A stretch of DNA of 64,000 nt. Source: an uncultured Acidimicrobiia bacterium (lineage in GTDB: Bacteria > Actinomycetota > Acidimicrobiia > Spongiisociales > UBA5794). Below the pieces are notes generated by a model, which searched no databases, was not told the origin of the DNA, and was given only the letters and a program-made list of their open reading frames with translations. Below, one piece after another: positions 26,266 through 35,699 of this stretch. Location of the stretch: the NCBI GenBank assembly GCA_965368815.1, contig CBDUOH010000001.1:33087-97086 (forward strand). The letters are read 5' to 3'. A program made the position numbers and the translations under genes. Within the stretch, counting starts at the first letter, position 1; each line of letters opens with the position of its first letter.

Positions 26266-28581
26266 ATGGTCGTACGATGCGGGTGCCGTCCGGCGCATCG
26301 CTCAAGGGACGGTACCGGTTTGGCTGAGAAAGGTGATGCCATCCACAACTTCCGTCCAGACATACCCAACCCGGCATCAGCCAGCCGGCCCGGTCATGCC
26401 CGGCTTCGGGCCGATGATGCATCGGCCCCGGTGGTCTCGATCGTGACACCGTTCTTCAATACCGGGCCGGTGTTCGCTGAGACGGCGCTGAGCATTGCTC
26501 GCCAGACATTCCTGCAATGGGAATGGATCATCGTCAACGACGGTTCCGACGACCCTCAATCGCTGGCACTCCTCGACGGATTCCGGACCGGGGATACGCG
26601 GATCAGGGTCGTCGACCTGGCCAGGAACAGTGGGCCCGGCGCGGCCAGGAATCGTGGCTTCGCAGAAGCAGCGGGACGGTATGTGTTCCAGCTCGACAGT
26701 GATGACCTCGCTGAGCCGACCGCAGTCGAGACGTTGTACTGGTATCTCGAAACCCACCCGGAGATGGCCTTTGCAAAGGGTTACACAGTGGGGTTCGGTG
26801 CGGAGTCATACATCTGGGTCAACGGCTTCCATTTCGCGGAAGCCTTCCTCGACGGAAACCGGGCTGACACCATCGCCATGATCCGCACCGACGTCGCGAG
26901 ATCCATCGGATACGACGAATCGAACACGGACGGCCTCGAGGATTGGGAGTTCTGGGTTGCATGCGCCGCAGCGGGCTACTGGGGTGGAACCGTCCATGAA
27001 CCGCTCGGGTGGGTTCGTCGGAGATCATCCCATTCGGGTTCGTGGGCGAACTGGGACGATGGCCCTCGGGAGGAGGCGTTCCGGATCCGGCTCACACAGC
27101 GGTATCCGGCGCTGTTCGACGGCGGCTTTCCCGATGTCCGGTCACGGCCGGAGGAGCCATCCGGGTTCAATGCAGCACCGCCGCCTGCAGTCAACAGGAG
27201 CAATGCCGACGCATCAGGGCTCCTGATGCTCGTTCCGTGGCTTGAGGTCGGGGGAGCAGACCGCATCAACCGCGCCATTGTCGGGTGGATGATCGGCGCC
27301 GGTTGGCATGTCTCGGTCGTCACAACGCTGCCCGCACCGAACGCATGGGAGTCCGAGTTCCGGCTGCTGACGGCGGACGTGTTCGTGATGGATCGCTTTC
27401 TTGCAATCGACGAGCGTGTTCGGTTCATCAGTTACCTCATCGAGTCGCGCTCGATCGACGTCGTGATGATCTCGAACAGCTGGTTCGGGTACGACGTTGT
27501 GCCGATGTTGCGCAGGATGCACCCCGAGTGTGCATTCGTCGATCTGACCCATGCCGAGGAGGAATGGAACGACGGCGGGTATCCCCGGTTGTCATGCGAG
27601 TATCGGAACAGCCTTGACCTCAGGATTGCCGGAAGCGCGCATCTCAAAGCGTGGATGGAAGAGCGTTGTGGCAGTGATCCGAGCGTCGAGGTCTGGTACG
27701 GAGGGATAGATACGGCGAAGTTCGCTCCGGATCAGGCCGCCCGCATCGCGACGCGACAGGAGCTTGGAGTCACCGGCAGTCAGACGGTGCTGTTGTTCGT
27801 GGGACGACTCGCCCCCGAAAAGCAACCGCTGGTTTTCGTCGATGTGGTTCGGTCTGTGTCGCAACGGGGCCACGATGTGGTCGGCATCGTTGTCGGCGAC
27901 GGTGAGCTGCGAGGAGCCCTCAACGAACGAATCGTCGATGCCCAGGATTCCGCACCGGTGCATGTGGAGAATTCGGCAGGCGATGAACGGGTTCTGGACC
28001 TGATGCGCGCGGCGGATGTGCTCGTGATGCCGTCGCTGCGCGAGGGGGTCGCGGTCGCCACCTACGAGGCGATGGCTGCTGGTCTGGTGGTCGTCGCCAC
28101 CGAGGTCGGGGCACAGGATGAACTCATCGCGCATGGCGCGGGCGTGCTGATCCCGGATCCGTCCGGTCACGATCTGGCGGAAAGAATCGCTTCGGCGGTT
28201 GAGAATCTCATCGTGGACCCCGAAGTCCGTGAGGCGATGTCGTCCACGGCACGCACCCGCGTCGTCGAGCGATTCTCCTCTGATCGTGCAAGGGATCGCA
28301 TTGCCGGACTGCTCGCCGACGTCGGCGCACGGCACCGCGACGGGTCAGAAGGCGCGCCACCCGACGGATATGACGAGAACGCCGTGTTCGTCAGGCACAA
28401 GGGTCTCGAGACCCAGCAGCTGTACACGCTGAGCCTTCGGGAGCCGAGCGGGCTGCCGGGAGTCGATGCCGGACGAACCCTCGGGTACAGGATTCTGCGG
28501 CGCTTCTATCGGTCGATCCGACGCATCCCCGGATTGGGGCGCCCTTTGGAACGGCTCGCCCGGAGGGTCGGTGGATCGTAG
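26266..28581 (+). CDS. Fused dual glycosyltransferase (GT2 + GT4-like GT-B)
   Basis: VVSIVTPFFNTGPVFAETALSIARQTFLQWEWIIVNDGSDD, LDSDD and EDWEFW (GT2). The C-terminal MPSLREGVAVATYEAMAAGLVVVATEVGAQDE is GT-B. Start ATG 26266 is the first ATG after the divergent gene, and the N-terminus is uncertain. Confidence 0.8.
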   Translation: MVVRCGCRPAHRSRDGTGLAEKGDAIHNFRPDIPNPASASRPGHARLRADDASAPVVSIVTPFFNTGPVFAETALSIARQTFLQWEWIIVNDGSDDPQSLALLDGFRTGDTRIRVVDLARNSGPGAARNRGFAEAAGRYVFQLDSDDLAEPTAVETLYWYLETHPEMAFAKGYTVGFGAESYIWVNGFHFAEAFLDGNRADTIAMIRTDVARSIGYDESNTDGLEDWEFWVACAAAGYWGGTVHEPLGWVRRRSSHSGSWANWDDGPREEAFRIRLTQRYPALFDGGFPDVRSRPEEPSGFNAAPPPAVNRSNADASGLLMLVPWLEVGGADRINRAIVGWMIGAGWHVSVVTTLPAPNAWESEFRLLTADVFVMDRFLAIDERVRFISYLIESRSIDVVMISNSWFGYDVVPMLRRMHPECAFVDLTHAEEEWNDGGYPRLSCEYRNSLDLRIAGSAHLKAWMEERCGSDPSVEVWYGGIDTAKFAPDQAARIATRQELGVTGSQTVLLFVGRLAPEKQPLVFVDVVRSVSQRGHDVVGIVVGDGELRGALNERIVDAQDSAPVHVENSAGDERVLDLMRAADVLVMPSLREGVAVATYEAMAAGLVVVATEVGAQDELIAHGAGVLIPDPSGHDLAERIASAVENLIVDPEVREAMSSTARTRVVERFSSDRARDRIAGLLADVGARHRDGSEGAPPDGYDENAVFVRHKGLETQQLYTLSLREPSGLPGVDAGRTLGYRILRRFYRSIRRIPGLGRPLERLARRVGGS

Positions 28582-28665
28582 CGGCGAGTTCGATACCCGT
28601 GGTGCGCACGATGCGCGGGTACCATACCGACGCTCCATGAATCCTCGACTGAGCGACGACCACCG

Positions 28666-29496
28666 ATGACCGATACGACATTCACACACGATTCTGCTCG
28701 TGGCCGGCGGCCGCTTCTGACCGACGTCGCCAACCTGCGAAAGTATCGCGGGCTGCTCCGCTTGCTCGTTGTGCGAGATCTCACGGTCAGGTACAAGCGA
28801 TCCGCGCTCGGTGTGTGGTGGACATTGCTGAACCCGCTGCTGTTCTCTGCAGTCATCTGGGTGGTGTTCGGACAGATCTTCCGGTTCGAGACGCCGGGGG
28901 TCCCGTACATCGTGTACCTGCTCTCCGGTGTGATCTGGATGGGCTTCTTCTCCCAGGGCGTCATGACGACTGGTTCGTCGATCGTGAACAGTGCCTCGAT
29001 TCTCACCAAGGTGAGTGTGCCGCCAGAAGTGTTCTCGTTCGCGGCAGCGATAGCGGCAGGATCGAACTTCGTTCTCAGCCTCCCGATTCTGATTGCTGCC
29101 CAGCTCGCCTTCGGCGTCGGTATCCCGTGGACGATCGTGCTCGTCCCGATCCCGCTTCTCGCAACCGTTGTCCTTGTGACGGGTATCGGACTCCTGGTTG
29201 CTTCTGCAGCGGTGTTCTTCTTCGACGTGCTCGACTTCACGGCCGTTCTCGTTCAGCTTGCGAGCTACTTGACGCCGACGTTCTACCCGATCGAAATCAT
29301 TCCTGACCACCTCCGCTGGCTGGTCGGACTCAACCCCCTCTATTCCTATCTGGAGATCTTCCGCGGGTTCATGTACGGCGGGACATTCGCTCCTGCCTGG
29401 CAATTCGCATACATGTCCGTCACGGCCGTGGTCGCGCTCATGCTCGGCGTATGGGTGTTCAATCGCAGTTGGAAGAATCTCGTGGTGAGGATCTGA
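28666..29496 (+). CDS. ABC-2 type polysaccharide/teichoic-acid export permease (Wzm/TagG-like)
   Basis: LLRLLVVRDLTVRYKRSALGVWWTLLNPLL is the typical ABC-2 N-terminal motif. Six TM helices. Confidence 0.85.
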   Translation: MTDTTFTHDSARGRRPLLTDVANLRKYRGLLRLLVVRDLTVRYKRSALGVWWTLLNPLLFSAVIWVVFGQIFRFETPGVPYIVYLLSGVIWMGFFSQGVMTTGSSIVNSASILTKVSVPPEVFSFAAAIAAGSNFVLSLPILIAAQLAFGVGIPWTIVLVPIPLLATVVLVTGIGLLVASAAVFFFDVLDFTAVLVQLASYLTPTFYPIEIIPDHLRWLVGLNPLYSYLEIFRGFMYGGTFAPAWQFAYMSVTAVVALMLGVWVFNRSWKNLVVRI

Positions 29497-30239
29497 TGTC
29501 CAACGACGCAGTTGTCAGGGTTGAGGACGTGTCGCTCGCCTTTCGCATCGGTCGGAGTCAGGTGGGAACGATGAAGGAACACCTCATCAACCTTCTGAAG
29601 GGAAACACGACCTACGAGAAGCTCTGGGCGCTCAAAGGCGTGTCGTTCGAGGTGCAACGCGGAGAGGTGCTGGGCATCATCGGGCCGAATGGCGCTGGCA
29701 AGTCAACCCTGATGAAGATCATCGCGCAGGTACTCCCACCGACATCGGGAAGAGTCAGGGTCGACGGTTCGATCGCACCGATGATCGAACTCGGGGCCGG
29801 GTTCAACTCCGAGATGACCGGGGTGGAGAACATCGTGTTGTACGGCACCCTGCTCGGTCGTGATCCGAAGGAAATGCGAGAGCGTGTCGGCGCCATTGCC
29901 GAGTGGGCAGAGTTGGAGGAATTCATCGACACGCCGATCCGCAATTACTCGTCCGGGATGTTGGCCCGACTCGGGTTCGCCGTTGCGACCGATCAACGAC
30001 CCGATGTCCTGGTGGTCGACGAGGTGTTGTCGGTGGGCGATGAGAGCTTCCAAAGCAAGTCAGGCAAGCGCATCGAAGCCATGATCGCCGAAGGGACCTC
30101 GGTTGTCCTTGTCTCGCACGTGCTCGGGACAGTCGCGGAATTGGCCGACCGGGTGGTCTGGCTCGACCATGGGAACATCGTCAAAGAGGGCGACCCGAAA
30201 GACATCGTCGAGTCCTATCGAGAGGCTGCTACCGGTTGA
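29496..30239 (+). CDS. ABC exporter ATP-binding protein (Wzt/TagH-like, no C-terminal carbohydrate-binding domain)
   Basis: Start moved to ATG 29496 (TGATG overlap). Walker A GPNGAGKST, signature YSSGMLARL, Walker B VLVVDE. Only ~247 aa. Confidence 0.9.
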   Translation: MSNDAVVRVEDVSLAFRIGRSQVGTMKEHLINLLKGNTTYEKLWALKGVSFEVQRGEVLGIIGPNGAGKSTLMKIIAQVLPPTSGRVRVDGSIAPMIELGAGFNSEMTGVENIVLYGTLLGRDPKEMRERVGAIAEWAELEEFIDTPIRNYSSGMLARLGFAVATDQRPDVLVVDEVLSVGDESFQSKSGKRIEAMIAEGTSVVLVSHVLGTVAELADRVVWLDHGNIVKEGDPKDIVESYREAATG

Positions 30240-31221
30240 GTGAACCGGTTGGTTCGGTGCGGAGCGATCGCGCCTTGCCGAAACCAAGCAGCAGGCCCAC
30301 CCAGAGGCCGGATCCGTAGGCCAGGTGCATCGTCGCTGCGGCGATGCTCACACCGAGCGGCCGTTCTGACGCTCTGATACCCACGACAGCGAGTGCAGCG
30401 GTCCATGACCCGACCAGGACGATCAGGGGGATCCACGAGACGGTCAATCCCACGATCACGCCGACAAGCATTCCTGCCACGAGGAACGCAGGCGCAAGCG
30501 GTCGTGGCGACGGGAGCCTGCCGTTGGCGATGAGGAGTTCACTCTTGCCCTGCCCGTAGCGCCAGTATTGGCGTGCAAGTTGACGCCATGAACTCCGTGG
30601 CCGGTACCACGAGCGTATGTCCGGATCGACAACAACAGTGCGACCGGACGCACGCCACCGTGCGTAGAAGTCGGCATCTTCAACGGTCCCGGAAGGAAAT
30701 GTGCGGTAGCCGCCGGTGTCGAGGAAGTCGACACGAGCGAACGTCCCGAGATACACGGTATCGACAGTTTCACGTTGTGTCGCATGACGGAAACGGCCCG
30801 GTCCGATGGCAATCGGATCCGCCATGGCGGCTGCCACTGACCGCTCCCAGGCAGTGGCTCCCTCACCGACCATGGGGCCACCGACCGCAGAACCCGGTAC
30901 CCAACCATCGATGCTCGCGGTCACGTAGTTCTCTGCATACCTCGTGTGCGCATCGAGGCGGACAAGCAGGTCGCCGGTCGCCTGGGAGGCCACGGCGTTG
31001 AGCCCGATCGATTGCACGCGGTCCGGGTTCGGATGAAGTTGCACTCGTGGATCGATTCGGCTGCGGGCCTGAACTCGTTCAACCGTGCCATCGGTCGACC
31101 CACCATCGGCAACCAGGACCTCGATGACACGCCGGTCGGTGAGGGCGACATCCATTACGTGATCGACGTTCTCGACCTCGTTGAACGTCGCGACGATCAC
31201 TGACACGGAAGGTAAATGCAT
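30229..31221 (-). CDS. GT2 glycosyltransferase with C-terminal TM helices (ExoA-like)
   Basis: VSVIVATFNEVENVDHVM, VADGGSTDGT and a DAH motif. Two or three C-terminal TM segments. The 3' end overlaps the convergent ABC ATPase gene by 11 nt. Confidence 0.8.
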   Translation of the reverse strand: MHLPSVSVIVATFNEVENVDHVMDVALTDRRVIEVLVADGGSTDGTVERVQARSRIDPRVQLHPNPDRVQSIGLNAVASQATGDLLVRLDAHTRYAENYVTASIDGWVPGSAVGGPMVGEGATAWERSVAAAMADPIAIGPGRFRHATQRETVDTVYLGTFARVDFLDTGGYRTFPSGTVEDADFYARWRASGRTVVVDPDIRSWYRPRSSWRQLARQYWRYGQGKSELLIANGRLPSPRPLAPAFLVAGMLVGVIVGLTVSWIPLIVLVGSWTAALAVVGIRASERPLGVSIAAATMHLAYGSGLWVGLLLGFGKARSLRTEPTGSLNR

Positions 31222-31294
31222 TTCGCCACCACAATACCTGTCGGTGGTACTTCCAAGCTCTCAAGCCAGACACGACTTTTGCCGATATCAAGGA

Positions 31295-33055
31295 ATGCGT
31301 CTCCTTCGCGCCCTTGTCACGATCGCAAGTGTTCTCGCCTTGCTCGCTCCCGCCGGCGCGATTGCCGGTGAGGTACCTGCGCAGCTGCACACGGGTTTGT
31401 ACTCGGATGACTTCGATTCCTCCGGCGACCTCAACGCCGTCGGATCGGCGGCAGGGCAGAAAGTGACGTTCGGTGGAACGTTCCACGACATTTCCGAGGC
31501 CAGCGGAAGCTACAACCCCTCTGACCCGAACTCGTGGTCGAACACCGTGCAGATCCTTGACGGTGTGTGGGCCGGCAAGGCGACACCGTTTGCCAACGTG
31601 GGCGTCAATGCATCGGCCGCGGCGATCGCAAGCGGCGCCCATGACGCTCAGATAGCCGAGTGGGTTCGTCATGTGAAGGCCTGGCTCGACAAGCTTGAGA
31701 ATCGCAGCCTTGTCGTGGCCCCGCTCCAGGAACACAACGGGAACTGGACGCCGTACGGCTGTAATCCAACAGCGTTCAAGGCCGCCTACCAGAAGTTCGT
31801 CGATGCATTCGACAACGCCGGCATAGGCGAGAACAAGGTGAGGTTCGCCTGGGCACCGAACGGTTGGACATCCCCGGGCTGTGGATCGCTTGCGGACTAC
31901 TACCCGGGTGACGGGGTCGTCGACGTGGTCGGAATCTCGGCATACAACTGGTCGGCCTGCCCGGGCAACGCAGCCTACGACACGCCCGCCGAGGCGATGG
32001 GGCCCTATCTCGACGAGATCCGAGGCACGATCCCCGGGGCGGGGGTGAAGCCGTTCGTGATCGCCCAGACAGCCTCGCCTCGTGGGTCATGCCAGAGCGA
32101 CTGGATCACGTCGATGGTTCCGTACCTGAAAGCCGATCCCAATGTCGTCGGATTCGTCTGGTTCAACTTCAACAAACCGGGCGAACCGGACTTCCGTGTC
32201 TGGACGACATCGCTGACGAAGGGCTGGAAGGATGCAGTTGCCACCGGGGACACGACGTACACGTGGCCTCTGACGTCCTGGTTCACGCCCGGCCCGTTGA
32301 CCGTCGGTGGGCTGCCACCCGAGGACCCTCCGTGCGGCAAAGGACCCTGCGACACCATCGCATCGATCGATGGCGGCGGACTCTGGTCTCGATGGGCTGA
32401 GCTGTTGTCGACGTCGGGAACGAATGACTTCTACTTCGGCAATCCCGGGGACTTCCCATTCATGGGTGACTGGAACGGAGACGGAACCGCAACGCCGGGT
32501 CTGTACAGGCAGTCGGACGGGTTTGTGTATGTCCGGTACTCCAACAGCCAAGGCATAGCGGATCGTGAGTTCTTCTTCGGCAACCCGGGAGACGTCCCGT
32601 TGGTTGGCGATTTCGACGGCGATGGTCGCGACTCGGTCTCGATCTGGCGTGCCAGCGAGGCACGGGTCTACATCATCAACGAGCTCGGCGCCGACGGAGC
32701 TGGGCTTGGTGCAGCCGACTTCAGCTACTACTTCGGGAACCCGGGCGACCAGCCCTATGTCGGCGATTTCGACGGTGACGGCATCGACACAGTCGGTCTG
32801 TACCGGCAATCAACCGGGTTCGTGTACTTCCGGAATTCGCTCACGACCGGCAATGCGGACTTCTCGTTCTTCTACGGGAACCCCGGAGATCGCATCATCG
32901 CCGGCGACTGGGACGGTGATGGCGACGACACGGTGGCCGTGTACCGACCGTCCACCCGTCGGATCTACGTCAATCTTGAGAACTCGAGCGGAGCAGCCGA
33001 CTGGACCGGGTACGTCGGAACCGTGTCCCACGTCGTGACTGCGGGCAACCGTTGA
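31295..33055 (+). CDS. Secreted GH26-like glycoside hydrolase + four-repeat GNPGD module
   Basis: Start moved to ATG 31295 (MRLLRALVTIASVLALLAPAGAIA signal peptide). VAPLQEHNGNWTPYG, FAWAPNGW and YYPGDGVVDVVGISAYNW resemble GH26 motifs (PLHEMNG.W / YYPGD.YVD..G.D.Y). The family call is tentative. Confidence 0.8.
   Translation: MRLLRALVTIASVLALLAPAGAIAGEVPAQLHTGLYSDDFDSSGDLNAVGSAAGQKVTFGGTFHDISEASGSYNPSDPNSWSNTVQILDGVWAGKATPFANVGVNASAAAIASGAHDAQIAEWVRHVKAWLDKLENRSLVVAPLQEHNGNWTPYGCNPTAFKAAYQKFVDAFDNAGIGENKVRFAWAPNGWTSPGCGSLADYYPGDGVVDVVGISAYNWSACPGNAAYDTPAEAMGPYLDEIRGTIPGAGVKPFVIAQTASPRGSCQSDWITSMVPYLKADPNVVGFVWFNFNKPGEPDFRVWTTSLTKGWKDAVATGDTTYTWPLTSWFTPGPLTVGGLPPEDPPCGKGPCDTIASIDGGGLWSRWAELLSTSGTNDFYFGNPGDFPFMGDWNGDGTATPGLYRQSDGFVYVRYSNSQGIADREFFFGNPGDVPLVGDFDGDGRDSVSIWRASEARVYIINELGADGAGLGAADFSYYFGNPGDQPYVGDFDGDGIDTVGLYRQSTGFVYFRNSLTTGNADFSFFYGNPGDRIIAGDWDGDGDDTVAVYRPSTRRIYVNLENSSGAADWTGYVGTVSHVVTAGNR
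32429..33013 (+). repeat. Four-repeat GNPGD module, copy 2
   Basis: FYFGNPGDFPFMGDWNGDGTATPGLYRQSDGFVYVR, FFFGNPGDVPLVGDFDGDGRDSVSIWRASEARVYIINELGADGAGLG, YYFGNPGDQPYVGDFDGDGIDTVGLYRQSTGFVYFR, FFYGNPGDRIIAGDWDGDGDDTVAVYRPSTRRIYVNL. Confidence 0.9.
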
Positions 33056-34299
33056 TGGTCCCCGCTCACCGTCTCGGTCGATCCTTTGCCATTCTTGCGG
33101 CGTTCGCAATCGTTGCTGGCTTGTTCAGCACGGCGTCCGTCGCCCCGGCGTCGGCTGCATCAGCCGGCGTCGACCCGGGTCTCGAGGAGTGTCTGTTGAA
33201 CCTGCACAACGCAGAGCGAACGGCGCGAGGTCTGCACCCGCTCGTCCCCGATCCCACGCTCACCGCGTATGCGCGGGATTGGTCGTGGGAGATGTATGAC
33301 TCACGCGATTTCCGCCACTCCGACCTGTCGTGGCCGGGCACGTGGTGGGGGCGGAGCGAGAACATCTCGTACAGCTACGGGTACGGTCATCAATGTGAGA
33401 CCCACCACGATGGGTTCATGAATTCCTCGGGCCATCGAGCCAACATCCTGAGAGCATCCTCGGATCGCGTCGGGGTCGGCATCGTCTTTGACGGCGATTC
33501 GAACGATCTGATGTATGTCACGGTGGTCTTCGGGGATTCAGACGGCACCGACGGGCCCGCACCGGGCTCCGACCCACCTCCGTCGCCTTGCGGTGGTGAC
33601 TGTGCAGGATTCGCTGCAGTCGATGCAGGCGGCGAGTGGACTCTGTTCGATGAGATCGGAGATCAGAACCCCTCGACATTCTTCTTCGGCAATCCCGGTG
33701 ACATCCCGTTCATGGGCGACTGGAACGGGGACGGGACGCCTACCCCTGGTCTGTATCGCCAGAGCGATGGCTTCGTGTACCTGAGGGATTCGAACACCCA
33801 GGGTGTCGCGGATCACGAGTTCTTCTTCGGTAACCCCGGTGATGTTCCGATCGTCGGGGACTGGGACGCCGATGGCGACGACACGGTGTCCGTCTATCGG
33901 CCAGCGACGGGCCGGTTCTACATCATCAACGAACTCGGGACCGACGGTGGGGGACTCGGCGAAGCGGACTACGACTTCGCCTTCGGAAACGTCGGTGACA
34001 CCCCGTTCGTCGGTGACTTCGATGGCGATGGCGTCGATTCGATCGGTCTGTATCGCCAGTCGACCGGCTACCTGTACTTCCGGAACGAACTTTCGACGGG
34101 TGTCGCCGATAACTCGTTCTACTACGGCGATCCCGGGGATCGGATCATGGCCGGCGACTGGGACGGTGACGGCATCGACACGGTTGCGGTCTATCGCCCG
34201 TCCGTGTGGCACCTGTATGTGAAGCTCGCCAACAGCGCGGGTACAGCCGATTGGGATGCGTACCTCGGCGATTTTCGGTACGTCGTATCGGCACGATGA
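33055..34299 (+). CDS. Secreted CAP/SCP (PR-1-like) domain protein + four-repeat GNPGD module
   Basis: ATG 33055 (TGATG overlap; TTG 33052 is also possible). LLNLHNAERTARGLHPLVPDPTLTAYARDWSWEM, GENISY, HDGFMNSSGHRANIL and VGVGIV are bacterial SCP-domain motifs. Confidence 0.85.
   Translation: MVPAHRLGRSFAILAAFAIVAGLFSTASVAPASAASAGVDPGLEECLLNLHNAERTARGLHPLVPDPTLTAYARDWSWEMYDSRDFRHSDLSWPGTWWGRSENISYSYGYGHQCETHHDGFMNSSGHRANILRASSDRVGVGIVFDGDSNDLMYVTVVFGDSDGTDGPAPGSDPPPSPCGGDCAGFAAVDAGGEWTLFDEIGDQNPSTFFFGNPGDIPFMGDWNGDGTPTPGLYRQSDGFVYLRDSNTQGVADHEFFFGNPGDVPIVGDWDADGDDTVSVYRPATGRFYIINELGTDGGGLGEADYDFAFGNVGDTPFVGDFDGDGVDSIGLYRQSTGYLYFRNELSTGVADNSFYYGDPGDRIMAGDWDGDGIDTVAVYRPSVWHLYVKLANSAGTADWDAYLGDFRYVVSAR
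33679..34263 (+). repeat. Four-repeat GNPGD module, copy 3
   Basis: FFFGNPGDIPFMGDWNGDGTPTPGLYRQSDGFVYLR, FFFGNPGDVPIVGDWDADGDDTVSVYRPATGRFYIINELG, FAFGNVGDTPFVGDFDGDGVDSIGLYRQSTGYLYFR, FYYGDPGDRIMAGDWDGDGIDTVAVYRPSVWHLYVKL. Confidence 0.9.
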
Positions 34300-35699
34300 G
34301 GTATACGGAAACCCCGGGATTCAAGAATGTCGGTGACGCTGCCGATACCAACAAGATGCGCAACGGAGCCACCGCCGCCGCCGCACGATTGATTGCGGTC
34401 GTATTCGCCGTGTTCTCGCTCGCGCTCGTGGCGACGCCGGCGAGGGCGGACGAACCGCCGCCGCCGTGGATCTTCCCTGTTGTCGGCGAGGACGGCGTCG
34501 ATTTCGGCTATTACGACACGTTCGGTGCACCACGCGGCGGTGGCCGCAGTCATCACGGCGTTGACATCGGTACCTACGGCGTCAAAGGCGTTCCTGTCGT
34601 TGCAGCGGCCGACGGGTACGTGAAGCAGGTGAACTGGTCCTCGGATCCCGACAATCTCAACCCCGATCGATGCTGCACCATCGCACTCGTCCATGAGGGG
34701 GGCTGGGAGACCTGGTACATCCATCTGGACAACGACACCGAGGGCACCGACGATGGCCTCGGCTGGGGCATCGCCGACGGCGTCGTTCCCGGGGCAGATG
34801 TTGTGGCCGGTCAACTGATCGGTTGGGTCGGCGACTCTGGCAACGCCGAAGGCACGTACCCGCATCTTCATTGGGAGGTCCATGCACCGGGTGGCGTTGT
34901 GGTCAACCCGACGCCACATGCCGACTCGGCCATGCGGATCCCGGAGCCGGGAATCGTGAGCTACGACCCGCCATGTACCGACGGCGCCACCTGCGATTCG
35001 ATCGCAGTCGTCGACAGCGGTAGCCGATTCGGATTGTGGAGCCAGCTCGACGATCCACACGAGACCGATTGGTTCTATTTCGGCAACCCGGGCGATATCC
35101 CGTTCATGGGTGACTGGGACGGTGACGGTATCGCAACACCGGGTCTGTACCGTCAATCCGACGGTTTTGTCTACCTCCGCGAGTCCAACACCGAAGGTGT
35201 CGCAGATCGTGAATTCTTCTTCGGGAATCCCGGGGACGTTCCATTGATCGGCGACTTCGACGGCGATGGGAGGGATTCGGTGTCGATCTGGCGTTCGAGC
35301 GAGGCTCGGGTGTACGTGATCAACGAGCTCGGTGCCGACGGCGAGGGGCTCGGAGCGGCGGACTACGACTTCATGTTCGGCAACCCCGGTGACCAGCCGT
35401 TCGTCGGTGACTTCGACGGGGACGGGATCGATACGATCGGGCTCTACCGGACATCGACGGGATTCGTCTACTTCACGAATGCCAACGAGACCGGTGCCGC
35501 CGACAACGAGTTCTTCTACGGCAACCCCGGTGACGTGATCTTCGCCGGTGACTGGGACGGCGACGGCGACGACACCGTTGCCGTGTTCCGCCCCTCGAGT
35601 CGACGCGTCTACATGAATCTCAACAACGCACCAGGTACGGCCGATTGGGCCGGATACGTCGGCACGAACCCATACGTGGTCGTGGCCGGTCGCCGATGA
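34296..35699 (+). CDS. Secreted M23 (LytM-type) peptidoglycan endopeptidase + four-repeat GNPGD module
   Basis: ATGA overlap with the upstream stop. Signal/TM segment RLIAVVFAVFSLALVATPARA. HHGVDIG (HxxxD), WYIHLDN and GDSGNAEGTYPHLHWEV (HxH) motifs. Confidence 0.85.
   Translation: MRYTETPGFKNVGDAADTNKMRNGATAAAARLIAVVFAVFSLALVATPARADEPPPPWIFPVVGEDGVDFGYYDTFGAPRGGGRSHHGVDIGTYGVKGVPVVAAADGYVKQVNWSSDPDNLNPDRCCTIALVHEGGWETWYIHLDNDTEGTDDGLGWGIADGVVPGADVVAGQLIGWVGDSGNAEGTYPHLHWEVHAPGGVVVNPTPHADSAMRIPEPGIVSYDPPCTDGATCDSIAVVDSGSRFGLWSQLDDPHETDWFYFGNPGDIPFMGDWDGDGIATPGLYRQSDGFVYLRESNTEGVADREFFFGNPGDVPLIGDFDGDGRDSVSIWRSSEARVYVINELGADGEGLGAADYDFMFGNPGDQPFVGDFDGDGIDTIGLYRTSTGFVYFTNANETGAADNEFFYGNPGDVIFAGDWDGDGDDTVAVFRPSSRRVYMNLNNAPGTADWAGYVGTNPYVVVAGRR
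35073..35657 (+). repeat. Four-repeat GNPGD module, copy 4
   Basis: WFYFGNPGDIPFMGDWDGDGIATPGLYRQSDGFVYLR, FFFGNPGDVPLIGDFDGDGRDSVSIWRSSEARVYVINELG, FMFGNPGDQPFVGDFDGDGIDTIGLYRTSTGFVYFT, FFYGNPGDVIFAGDWDGDGDDTVAVFRPSSRRVYMNL. By eye, nucleotide identity to copies 2 and 5 in repeat 2 is roughly four positions in five. Confidence 0.9.

Noticed and set aside
31222-31294. Short inverted repeat ccacc-(12 nt)-ggtgg in the divergent intergenic region between the GT2 gene and the hydrolase operon, considered as an operator.
   Set aside because: It is only a 5-bp stem with a long spacer, which is easily expected by chance in GC-rich DNA. There is no second copy elsewhere in the window.
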